From an uncultured Chloroflexia bacterium (lineage in GTDB: Bacteria > Chloroflexota > Limnocylindria > QHBO01): 64,000 nt of DNA. Under the pieces are notes generated by a model. That model was not told the DNA's origin. It was given only the letters and a program-made list of their open reading frames with translations, and ran no database searches. Shown here piece after piece: positions 19,378 to 27,739 of this stretch (position 1 is the stretch's first letter; each line of letters begins with the position of its first letter). The DNA lies in the NCBI GenBank assembly GCA_963814375.1, contig CAWFCQ010000003.1, forward strand, positions 103,393-167,392, read 5' to 3'. The position numbers and the translations under genes were made by a program.

Positions 19378-20217
19378 ATGGCGTTCCCCGGTGCCGGCAT
19401 CGCCAAGGGCATGGCCACGACATTCCGCAACTTCTTCGCGCCCAAGGTGACGCGCCAGTACCCCGAGGAGCGGCCCCAGATCCCCGATCGCTGGCGCGGT
19501 CGGCTCGACCTGATCTACGACCCCTTCGGCGAGCACAAGTGCGAGGTCTGCTTCCAGTGCGCGCAGGTCTGCCCGGTCGAGGCCATCGACATGAGCGGAT
19601 TCGACTCGACCGGGAACCGGATCCGATACGGCCTGCCCGAGATCTACGACGAGCGCAAGGACGCCAACGCCTACCGCCGAGCGGGTCTGCCGGCTCGGCC
19701 GATGCGCAACGCCGCGCGCTGGGATGAGGCCGTCGACACGCCGTGGGTCGACGAGACGATCGACGCCTTCGGCGGCCGATCCGAGGCTCTGGTCGCGATC
19801 TTCCGGGCCGTCCAGGATCGCTACGGCTACCTGCCCGAGCATGCGCTGCGTCGGATCAGCGATCGGCTGACGATCCACTGGGCACAGGTCTTCGGCGCCG
19901 CCGGGCTGGGCGGCTTCCGCCTGCTCCCGGCCGGCGGCCACGTCATCACCGTGTGTGACTGTGCCGCCTGCCGCTTCGCGGGCGGCAGCGCGGTCCTGGC
20001 GGCGGTCGAGAGCGAGCTCGGCATCCGGGCGGGCGAGGAGACCCCGGACGGGACCTTCAGCCTGGAGCGCGGCACCGATGTCGGCGCGGGCTCGCTGAGC
20101 CCGGCGATCCGCATCGACACCCTCGTATTCGGGCCGGTCGACGCCGCCAAGGCTCGGCACATCGTCGGAGAGCGCCGCGCCACCGCAGCGCGCCCTGCGA
20201 GCGGGGCCGTCAGCTGA
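19378..20217 (+). CDS. nuoI: fused NuoI-like (single 4Fe-4S) / NuoE-like (thioredoxin-fold) subunit
   Basis: The N-terminus is NuoI-like (VTRQYPEERP ... CEVCFQCAQVCPVEAIDM) but carries only one CxxCxxCxxxCP motif. The C-terminal ~150 aa resemble NuoE (ALVAIFRAVQDRYGYLPEHAL ... GGHVITVCDCAACRFAGGSAVL ... TPDGTFSLERGTDVG), and the second NuoE Cys pair is absent. Confidence 0.75.
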   Translation: MAFPGAGIAKGMATTFRNFFAPKVTRQYPEERPQIPDRWRGRLDLIYDPFGEHKCEVCFQCAQVCPVEAIDMSGFDSTGNRIRYGLPEIYDERKDANAYRRAGLPARPMRNAARWDEAVDTPWVDETIDAFGGRSEALVAIFRAVQDRYGYLPEHALRRISDRLTIHWAQVFGAAGLGGFRLLPAGGHVITVCDCAACRFAGGSAVLAAVESELGIRAGEETPDGTFSLERGTDVGAGSLSPAIRIDTLVFGPVDAAKARHIVGERRATAARPASGAVS

Positions 20218-21569
20218 TGGCCAGCACGATCTCCCCCCAGATCAGCATTCTGCCCGGCGGCGAGCACCGCCTGCTGACCGACATCGGTCGGGTCGACCCT
20301 ACGAGCCTCGCCAGCTATCGCGAGCGCGGCGGGTACGGCGGCCTCGAGCGTGCGGTCACACGCCTCGCTCCAGAGGAGGTCATCGGTGAAATCGAGGCAG
20401 CCGGGCTACGCGGCCGCGGAGGCTCCGGCTACTCGACCGGCGCGAAGTGGCGCGTCGCGCGGGAGGCGCCCGGCGACCGCACGATCGTCGTCGCCAACCT
20501 CATGGGCGCGGATCCGAGCGCCCTCGGCGATCGGGCCCTGGCCGAGGGCAATCCGCACCTGGTCGTCGAGGGCGCGCTGATCGCCGCCTATGCCGTCGGA
20601 GCAACCGAGGCGATCATCGCCGTCCGCCGCGACTGGACCGATGCGATCGCGCGGCTCCGGGCCGCCGCGGCCGAGGCGACCGAGGCGCACCTGGCCGGCT
20701 ACCTCGTGCTTGGCACCGACACGAGCATCCAGCTCAGCGTGTGGGAAGGGTCCGGGGCGTACGTCGCGGGAGAGGAGACAGCGCTGCTGAACGCCCTGGC
20801 CGGCGACCGCGGCATGCCGGCCATTCGTCCGCCGTATCCGGCCACGCGCGGCCTGGGAGACGCACCGACCGTCGTCCAGAACGGCGAGACCCTGGCGCAT
20901 GTCGCGTGGATCCTGTCGCACTCGGCGGAGGCGTTCGCATCGGTCGGCAGCGCGGCCAGCCGGGGCACGAAGCTGGTCACGGTCATGGGGCGGGTCGGCG
21001 AGCCCGGCCTGGTCGAGGTCCCGCTGGGCACCTCGCTGCTCGACATCGTAACCCTCGCCGGCGGCGGCACCGGCGCGAGCAAGGCGGCCTTCGTGGGCGG
21101 GCCGGGCGGTGGCGCGATCGAGTCCGGCGCGTTCAGCGGCACGCCATACGACTACGAGGCGCTCGAGGCCGCCGGCGCGATCATCGGCTCGGGCGCCGTC
21201 CTCGTGGTGGATGCGGCAACCTGCATGGTCGACAGCGCTCGATTCTTCGTCGACTTCAGCGCCCGAGAGGCGTGCGGCAAGGCCGTCCCGTGCCGCATCG
21301 GTACCAAGCGCCTGGTCGAGGGGCTCGACCGCATCCTGGCCGGGACGCCCCGACCGAACGACTTCAATCTTCTCCGCGAGCTCTCGCGCAAGATGAGCGA
21401 CACGGCGCTGTGCAAGCTCGAGCGCCTGGCGCCGGGACCGATCCTCACGACGCTCGATCGGTTCGGCGACGAGTACCGGGCGCATGCCGAGCGCGGCGAG
21501 TGCCTGGCCGGCGCCTGCGCCACCGGCGGGCTGCCGCCCCTCATCTCCCCGTTGGCCGGGCTAGAGTAG
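20217..21569 (+). CDS. nuoF: NADH-quinone oxidoreductase subunit F (divergent)
   Basis: NuoF/51-kDa collinearity: FMN-site region GRGGSGYSTGAKW, NADH-site GEETALLNALAG, SLBB domain. The N3 cluster region reads EACGKAVPCRIG rather than the canonical CGKCxPC. Confidence 0.8.
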   Translation: MASTISPQISILPGGEHRLLTDIGRVDPTSLASYRERGGYGGLERAVTRLAPEEVIGEIEAAGLRGRGGSGYSTGAKWRVAREAPGDRTIVVANLMGADPSALGDRALAEGNPHLVVEGALIAAYAVGATEAIIAVRRDWTDAIARLRAAAAEATEAHLAGYLVLGTDTSIQLSVWEGSGAYVAGEETALLNALAGDRGMPAIRPPYPATRGLGDAPTVVQNGETLAHVAWILSHSAEAFASVGSAASRGTKLVTVMGRVGEPGLVEVPLGTSLLDIVTLAGGGTGASKAAFVGGPGGGAIESGAFSGTPYDYEALEAAGAIIGSGAVLVVDAATCMVDSARFFVDFSAREACGKAVPCRIGTKRLVEGLDRILAGTPRPNDFNLLRELSRKMSDTALCKLERLAPGPILTTLDRFGDEYRAHAERGECLAGACATGGLPPLISPLAGLE

Positions 21570-21575
21570 GCCGCG

Positions 21576-23963
21576 ATGAGCTTCGGCACGACGAACGGCC
21601 ACCCCACCAACGGCAATGGCGCCGGTGACGGCAAGGTCACCGACTACACGCCTATCTGGCCGATGGTGCCCGGGACCCGGAAGATCGCCGTCACCATCAA
21701 CGGCGCCCAGGTCGAGGCCGAGGAGGGCCAGACCATCCTCCAGGCCTGCCGGGTGCTCGGCATCGAGGTCCCGACGCTGTGCTACGAGCCGAAGCTGGCG
21801 CCCTACGGGGCATGCCGCATCTGCGCGGTTGAGGTCGAGGGCCAGGACGACACGCCGATCTCGTGCGGTACCGCGATCACCGAGGGGATGGTCATCACCA
21901 CCCACTCCGACCGGGTCGTCGAGAACCGTCGGATGGTGCTCGAGCTCATCTTCAGTGACCACGACGCGTACTGCCTGCCGCCCTGCCAGTTCAAGTGCCC
22001 GACCCGGGTCGACATTCCGGGCTACCTGAAGCAGAACACCCTGGGCAACTGGGAGGAGGCGACGCGCATCCTGAAGCGCTCCCTCCCGTTCCCGGCCATC
22101 CTCGGCCGCGTCTGCCCGGCGCCGTGCGAGACGCACTGCCGGCGCGAGGAAGTCGACACCGCCATCGCCATCCGCGACTCGCATCGGTACTGCGCCGACC
22201 GTGTGCTCGAAGTCGACGCTCCCGCGCCGATCCCGTGGCCGAAGGAGCCGGACACCGGGCGTCGAGTCGCGGTCATCGGCGCCGGCCCGGCCGGCATGAG
22301 CGTCGCCTACTATCTCCAGCTGCGCGGGCACCACTGCGACGTCTTCGAGGCCGATCCTGAGCAGGGCGGCATGCTCCGCTACGGGATCCCGCAGTACCGC
22401 CTGCCGAAGGGCTGGATGGACCGCGAGCTCAACCACGTGTGGGAGCTGGGCGCGACCTTCCGCCCGAACATGCGGCTCGGGCGCGACTTCCATCTCGGCG
22501 ACATCATCGACGAGTACGACGCGATCTACGTCGGCATCGGCTGCTACAAGCCGAACGAGCTCGGGATCCCGGGCGAGGAAGCCGACGGCATGGTCAACGC
22601 GTTGGAGAACCTCTACAACTCGACGCGCGGAATTCCCGTGCCGCGGCTGAAGGGCGCGCGGGTGGTCGTCATCGGCGGGGGCTTCACGGCCATCGACTGC
22701 ACGCGGACCTCGGTGCGTCAGGGCGCCGCGGAGGTGACGCTCGTCTACCGCCGCGACCTGAAGGACATGCCCGCCGCGGACGAGGCGCACGAGGCGATCG
22801 AGGAGGGAGCGCGCCTCATCTTCCAGGCGGCGCCTACACGCATCGTCACCGACAACAAGAACAAGGTCACCGGCGTCGAGTTCCAGCGCATGAAGCTGGG
22901 CGAGCCGGACGCCCAGGGCCGCCGCCGACCGGAGCCGATGCCGGGCACCGAGTTCATCGTCGAGTGCGACACCGTCCTCGGCGCCATCGGCCAGGGTCCG
23001 GAGCTGTCCTGGATCGAGTCGGAGCCCGACGAGCTCAAGGCCGGCCTCGAGGTCGACCGCCGCGGCAACCTCGTCAGCGAGGAGCACATCTTCCGCACCA
23101 ACGTGCCGAAGATCTTCGCCTCCGGCGACGTGCGCACCGGCGCCGCCACCGTGGTGGAAGCGATCGGCGAGGGTCGCCGCGCCTCGTACGCGATGGACTA
23201 CTGGCTGCGCGGCCACGACCTCGACGACCCGCAGGTGCGGCGCATCGTCACCGAGCCGCAGCCCAACTTCCTCACGATCGTGCCCTTCACCGACGACGTG
23301 AAGGAGCCGCGGGCGATCATGGGCAAGCAGGAGGCGGACGAGCGCAAGGGCAACTTCAACGAGTACGAGTTCGGCTACACCGGCGACCAGGCCATGGCCG
23401 AGGCGTCGCGCTGCCTCCAGTGCACCTGTGAGGCGATCGGCCACTGCGACCTGCGCGAGGCGGCGATCGAGTACGAGACGACGCTCAACATGGCGATCGA
23501 CGAGCGCTCGATCCAGGACAACCCGTACGTCGGCGTCAACCACGGCTACGGCCGCGACGAGACCCACTCCTTCATCCTGCGCGACTACTCGCGCTGCATC
23601 GACTGCGGTCGATGCGCCCAGGTGTGCAAGGAGATCGTCGGCGCCGGCTGCTATGACTTCATCGGCAAGGGCTTCGACTCGCTGGTCACCACCGCCGACT
23701 ACGTCAGCCTCAACGAGACGCCGTGCGTTTCCTGCGGCCGATGCGCGGAGACCTGCCCCGTCGGCGCCCTCATGCCGCGCCCGCGCATCCTCGAGACCTA
23801 CCAGCTCGACGTGTCGCGCTGCATCTTCTGCGGCATCTGCGCCGATGCCTGCCCGTACGACGCCCTGCGCTGCGGCCCCGAGTTCGAGTTCAGCGAGTAT
23901 CAGCGCGACCTGCCCATGCTCGACATCCTCGAGATGTCCGACCGGGAGCGACCTACCCGCTAG
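21576..23963 (+). CDS. chimeric NuoG-like iron-sulfur flavoprotein (2Fe-2S + GltD-like FAD/NAD(P) domain + 2x4Fe-4S ferredoxin)
   Basis: The N-terminal ~150 aa match the NuoG N1b/N5 region (CYEPKLAPYGACRICAVEVEG ... HDAYCLPPCQFKCP). The middle is GltD-like, i.e. glutamate-synthase-small-subunit-like (two dinucleotide folds, VAVIGAGPAGMS and VVVIGGGFTAIDCTR). The C-terminus carries two CxxCxxCxxxCP motifs (CVSCGRCAETCP, CIFCGICADACP). No molybdopterin-like domain is present. Confidence 0.7.
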   Translation: MSFGTTNGHPTNGNGAGDGKVTDYTPIWPMVPGTRKIAVTINGAQVEAEEGQTILQACRVLGIEVPTLCYEPKLAPYGACRICAVEVEGQDDTPISCGTAITEGMVITTHSDRVVENRRMVLELIFSDHDAYCLPPCQFKCPTRVDIPGYLKQNTLGNWEEATRILKRSLPFPAILGRVCPAPCETHCRREEVDTAIAIRDSHRYCADRVLEVDAPAPIPWPKEPDTGRRVAVIGAGPAGMSVAYYLQLRGHHCDVFEADPEQGGMLRYGIPQYRLPKGWMDRELNHVWELGATFRPNMRLGRDFHLGDIIDEYDAIYVGIGCYKPNELGIPGEEADGMVNALENLYNSTRGIPVPRLKGARVVVIGGGFTAIDCTRTSVRQGAAEVTLVYRRDLKDMPAADEAHEAIEEGARLIFQAAPTRIVTDNKNKVTGVEFQRMKLGEPDAQGRRRPEPMPGTEFIVECDTVLGAIGQGPELSWIESEPDELKAGLEVDRRGNLVSEEHIFRTNVPKIFASGDVRTGAATVVEAIGEGRRASYAMDYWLRGHDLDDPQVRRIVTEPQPNFLTIVPFTDDVKEPRAIMGKQEADERKGNFNEYEFGYTGDQAMAEASRCLQCTCEAIGHCDLREAAIEYETTLNMAIDERSIQDNPYVGVNHGYGRDETHSFILRDYSRCIDCGRCAQVCKEIVGAGCYDFIGKGFDSLVTTADYVSLNETPCVSCGRCAETCPVGALMPRPRILETYQLDVSRCIFCGICADACPYDALRCGPEFEFSEYQRDLPMLDILEMSDRERPTR

Positions 23964-23989
23964 ACCGGTGCGGCGGGCGGCGTTGATGG

Positions 23990-24040
23990 GCTCCCGGAAG
24001 TGTCGGCGGCTCGCGCTTCGCTAGCTCGCCGGCGACCCTT
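23990..24040. terminator. long imperfect hairpin between convergent nuoG-like and lipoprotein genes (possible bidirectional terminator, no U-tract)
   Basis: Inverted repeat ccggaag-gtcgGcgg ... ccgGcgac-cttccgg, read directly from the sequence. GC-rich genomes often lack the U-tract. Confidence 0.25.
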
Positions 24041-24163
24041 CCGGCCGCTGCCCGAACCGCTTGGAGATCGTGTTTTATTCGATGGCGGCCGTGAGCCACC
24101 AGGTCCGCCACCGCCGTGCGCCGACCCGCGGTCCTGCGAGTAGGGGCGCGCGGGCGACTGTTC

Positions 24164-24535
24164 TCAGAACTTGTTCAGGTTGACCTGCCACTCGTCGCAG
24201 TCGCTGACGACGGTGATGGTGTACTCGCCCTCGATCAGGTCGTTCACGAACGAGGTCGTGACGCGCTGCTGCTGCTCGTAGGTGAAGCCACCGTCGACCG
24301 AGGTGATCGAGACGACGACGTCCTCGCAGGTTGGTGCGGTGTACGAGAGGCGGTAGCGACCTGCCTGAAGCGGGAACGTCGTCCCCTCCTCGTCCTCCGA
24401 CGTCGCTCTCGCGGCCTCGGGAAATTCCGAGGCGCCGTCATCGCCGCCTCCGCCACCACCACCTCCGCCGCACGCGGCGAGAAGCACGGTCAACGAAAGG
24501 AGCGCGAGCAGCGTGGTCCGTCTCAGCATCTCCAC
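24164..24535 (-). CDS. small secreted lipoprotein (signal peptide + lipobox LAAC, poly-Gly linker)
   Basis: 123-aa ORF beginning MEMLRRTTLLALLSLTVLLAACGGGGGGGGG. It is antisense to the nuo cluster and sits between the nuoG-like gene and nuoJ. Confidence 0.55.
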   Translation of the reverse strand: MEMLRRTTLLALLSLTVLLAACGGGGGGGGGDDGASEFPEAARATSEDEEGTTFPLQAGRYRLSYTAPTCEDVVVSITSVDGGFTYEQQQRVTTSFVNDLIEGEYTITVVSDCDEWQVNLNKF

Positions 24536-24702
24536 GGGTCCTCCTACCCTCCAGAGCTCGGGGTTGGTCCGTTACGGGGAACCGCTTTGCTGTTGTGTGC
24601 GCGCTACCTTAGGCGAGCCCTCGACCGCCGCGCAATGGATTCGGCCGCTACGCTAGAATCGAGCGCGGCCCAGGATCGGGCCGCGAACGCTCGAACCTTC
24701 CT

Positions 24703-25227
24703 GTGGGAGCCACGGCCCTGGACATCTCCAGCGTTCTTTTTTACCTGCTCGCGATCGGCGTCGTGGGCGCCGGGCTCGCGGTGGTCACGCTGCGCAACAT
24801 CATCCACTCGGCCGTGGCGATGATGGTCTGCTTCGGTTCACTGGCTGGCATGTACGCCCTCCTGGGTGCTCCGATCGTGGCTGCCGCGCAGGTGCTCATC
24901 TACCTCGGCGCGATCAGCGTCCTGATCCTCTTCGCCATCATGCTCACCCAGGCGGGCGACGCGAACCTGCCCGCGCCGTTCCACCGACAGCTGCCGATCG
25001 CGGTCGTGGTCGCCCTTGCGGTCACCGGCCTGGTCGGATGGGCGGTGGTCCAGACCGACTGGCAGATGGCCGCCGAGGTCACCGGCGCCGCGGTCGAGGC
25101 CATTGCGACGGCTGTCTTCACGACCTATGCGCTGCCGTTCGAGATCATCAGCCTGCTTCTCCTCGTCGCGATCATCGGTGCCATCTTCCTGGCGCGCCGC
25201 CCGGAAGAGGACGAGCGCGCGAACTGA
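24703..25227 (+). CDS. nuoJ: NADH-quinone oxidoreductase subunit J
   Basis: 174-aa membrane protein with the NuoJ/ND6 pattern (LIYLGAISVLILFAIML). Confidence 0.85.
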   Translation: MGATALDISSVLFYLLAIGVVGAGLAVVTLRNIIHSAVAMMVCFGSLAGMYALLGAPIVAAAQVLIYLGAISVLILFAIMLTQAGDANLPAPFHRQLPIAVVVALAVTGLVGWAVVQTDWQMAAEVTGAAVEAIATAVFTTYALPFEIISLLLLVAIIGAIFLARRPEEDERAN

Positions 25228-25230
25228 CCG

Positions 25231-25536
25231 ATGGGGATCCAGGGCTATCTCATCGTCTCGGCGCTGCTGTTCGGCATCGGCGCGTTCGGGTTCATGGTGC
25301 GCCGCAACGCGATCCTCATGCTCATCAGCATCGAGCTCATGTTCAACGCGGTGAACCTGAGCCTCGTGGCCTTCAACGCCTATCTCCCGCCCGATGCGAA
25401 TGCCGGCGCCGTCTTCGCGCTCATGATCATGGCCGTCGCCGCCGCCGAGGTGACGGTCGGGCTGGCCCTCGTGATCGCGATCATCCGTACGCGCCAGACG
25501 GCCGAGGTCGACCAGTACGCCGATCTGAAGGAGTAG
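25231..25536 (+). CDS. nuoK: NADH-quinone oxidoreductase subunit K
   Basis: 101 aa with three TM helices. NuoK/ND4L motifs (MLISIELMFNAVNL, AAAEVTVGLALV). Confidence 0.9.
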   Translation: MGIQGYLIVSALLFGIGAFGFMVRRNAILMLISIELMFNAVNLSLVAFNAYLPPDANAGAVFALMIMAVAAAEVTVGLALVIAIIRTRQTAEVDQYADLKE

Positions 25537-25540
25537 CCCG

Positions 25541-27739
25541 ATGCCCATCGAGCTGCTGATCGCCCTCATTCCGGCGCTGCCCCTCGCCGGGTTCCTGTTC
25601 GCCGTGCTCGTCGGGCCGCGCATCGACCGCGTCCCGTCCCACGGTCACGACGAGCATCACGACGACGGCCACGCGAGCCACGATGATCACGGGCCGATCG
25701 ACGACTCGAGCTTCCGCGGCATCCCGACCGAGGAGGAGCAGGCGGCGACCAGCCCGCACGCCGGGCACGCCGACGATCTCGCCAATGCCGAGGGCGCCGC
25801 CGGCGTCATTCCCGCCGACATGAACGACGGCCTCGGGCAGGCCGGGCACGTGACCCCGGGCGGCCCGAAGCCTCGCTACCTGTCGTGGATCGTGCCGACC
25901 GGCCTGGTCGGGATCGGCTGGGTCATCAGCATGATCGTCGTCGCCGACGTGATCTTCGGCGGCAACGAGTACGAGGTGACGCTCTACGAGTGGATCGCAT
26001 CGGGCGACTTCCACGTCGAGATCAGCTTCCTCGTTGACAGCCTCACGGCGATGCTCCTGCTGGTCGTGAGCACGGTCGGGTTCCTCGTGCACGTCTACAG
26101 CATCGGCTACATGGACGGCGACCGCGGGTTCTGGCGCTTCTTCGCCTACCTCAACCTGTTCATGTTCTCGATGCTGCTCCTCATCCTGGGCGACAACTTC
26201 CTGATGCTGTACGTCGGCTGGGAGGCGGTCGGCCTGTGCAGCTACGCGCTCATCGGCTTCTGGTACAAGAAGCCGTCGGCGGCGGGAGCCGCCAAGAAGG
26301 CGTTCGTCGTCAACCGCATCGGCGACCTGGGCTTCGGCCTGGGCGTGATGATGATCTGGGTCAACCTCGGCACGCTGAGCTTCCACGAGGTTTTCGAGAC
26401 CATCGGCACGCTCGACGAGGGCACGGTGACGGTCATCGCCCTCCTGCTCTTCGCCGGCGCCGTGGGCAAGTCAGCCCAGTTTCCGCTCCACGTCTGGCTG
26501 CCGGATGCCATGGAAGGGCCGACCCCCGTCAGCGCCCTCATCCACGCCGCGACGATGGTCAACGCCGGCGTGTACATGGTCGCTCGCGCCAACCCGATCT
26601 TCGCCGAGGCGCCGACCGCGATGCTGACCGTCGCCACCATCGGCGCATTCACCGCCATCTTCGCCGCGGCCATCGCACTGACCCAGAACGACATCAAGAA
26701 GGTCCTCGCCTACAGCACCGTCAGCCAGCTGGCCTACATGTTCCTGGCGCTCGGTGTCGGAGCCTGGGTCTCGGCCATCTTCCACCTCGTCAGCCACGGC
26801 TTCTTCAAGGGCCTGCTGTTCATGGGCTCCGGCTCCGTCATCCACGGGGCCGGCGGCGAGCAGGACATGCGGTACATGGGCAACCTGCGGGCGAGGATGC
26901 GCTGGACCTACGTGACGATGGTCATCGGCTCGCTGGCCCTGGCCGGCATCCCGCTCTTCGCCGGCTTCTTCAGCAAGGACGAGATCCTGGCCGAGACCTT
27001 CAACCGCGGCTACTACGTCTTCTACCTGATCGGCGTGATCGTGGCCTTCATGACCGCCTTCTACACGTTCCGGATGATCTTCATGACGTTCTGGGGTGAG
27101 TGGCGCGGGCCGGCCGCGATCTGGGAGCACGTCCACGAGAGCGCGGTGACCATGGTCGCGCCGCTCGTGCTCCTGTCGGTGCCCACGATCTTCGCCGGGC
27201 TTCTGCTGGGCATCCCGCCGGAGGGCGGCGTCATCCACACCTGGCTGGAGGAGGTCTTCCACGCTTCGGAGGAGGCCGGAGCGGGCATCCAGCCGGGCTC
27301 GATCGCAGCGACGAGCCACGAGGGGTTCCAGCTCCTCGGCTTCGGCGGCCTGCTGCTCGGCAGCGGCGCGCTGGTGGCGGCGCTCGGCGTCTGGCTGGCC
27401 TATCGCTGGTACGTCCGTGATCCCGAGGCGCCGGCCCGCTTCGTCGAGCGCTTCCCAGCCGGGCTCGGCCCGGGGATGTATCGGGCCAGCGTCAACAAGT
27501 ACTACGTCGACGACATTTACGGGCTCGTGTTTGCCCGTGGCGGCGTCCTGCTGGCCGAGGCGCTGTGGTGGTTCGACGCGAGGATCATCGACGGCATCGT
27601 GAACGGCGCCGGCTGGCTGGCCTCGACCATCGGTGGTGGCCTGCGCAAGGTCCAGACCGGACGGGTCGAGAACTACGGGCTCGGCATCGCGGCCGGGCTG
27701 GCCGTGGTGCTCCTCGCCTACGCGACGGTGGTGCGCTGA
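25541..27739 (+). CDS. nuoL: NADH-quinone oxidoreductase subunit L with a His/Asp-rich N-proximal insertion
   Basis: 732 aa with NuoL/ND5 antiporter-like motifs (YVGWEAVGLCSYALIGFW, QFPLHVWLPDAMEGPTPVSALIHAATMV). A ~100-aa low-complexity insertion (HGHDEHHDDGHASHDDHGP ...) follows TM1. Confidence 0.9.
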   Translation: MPIELLIALIPALPLAGFLFAVLVGPRIDRVPSHGHDEHHDDGHASHDDHGPIDDSSFRGIPTEEEQAATSPHAGHADDLANAEGAAGVIPADMNDGLGQAGHVTPGGPKPRYLSWIVPTGLVGIGWVISMIVVADVIFGGNEYEVTLYEWIASGDFHVEISFLVDSLTAMLLLVVSTVGFLVHVYSIGYMDGDRGFWRFFAYLNLFMFSMLLLILGDNFLMLYVGWEAVGLCSYALIGFWYKKPSAAGAAKKAFVVNRIGDLGFGLGVMMIWVNLGTLSFHEVFETIGTLDEGTVTVIALLLFAGAVGKSAQFPLHVWLPDAMEGPTPVSALIHAATMVNAGVYMVARANPIFAEAPTAMLTVATIGAFTAIFAAAIALTQNDIKKVLAYSTVSQLAYMFLALGVGAWVSAIFHLVSHGFFKGLLFMGSGSVIHGAGGEQDMRYMGNLRARMRWTYVTMVIGSLALAGIPLFAGFFSKDEILAETFNRGYYVFYLIGVIVAFMTAFYTFRMIFMTFWGEWRGPAAIWEHVHESAVTMVAPLVLLSVPTIFAGLLLGIPPEGGVIHTWLEEVFHASEEAGAGIQPGSIAATSHEGFQLLGFGGLLLGSGALVAALGVWLAYRWYVRDPEAPARFVERFPAGLGPGMYRASVNKYYVDDIYGLVFARGGVLLAEALWWFDARIIDGIVNGAGWLASTIGGGLRKVQTGRVENYGLGIAAGLAVVLLAYATVVR

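Noticed and set aside
16825-20160. 1111-aa ORF on the minus strand across nuoC-nuoI
   Set aside because: It is antisense to well-supported nuo genes. The translation is Arg/Ala/Gly/Asp-rich low complexity, typical of spurious open frames in high-GC DNA.
21561-23567. 668-aa minus-strand ORF opposite the nuoG-like gene
   Set aside because: Antisense to a gene with clear Fe-S and flavin motifs; low-complexity translation.
23964-24163. Intergenic region between convergent nuoG-like and lipoprotein genes scanned for tRNA/ncRNA
   Set aside because: No cloverleaf-compatible segments and no GTTCGAATC-like T-arm. Only an imperfect inverted repeat, listed as a low-confidence terminator.
24536-24702. 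Intergenic region upstream of nuoJ scanned for tRNA or riboswitch
   Set aside because: No conserved RNA motif recognisable by eye. Probably just the nuoJ promoter region.
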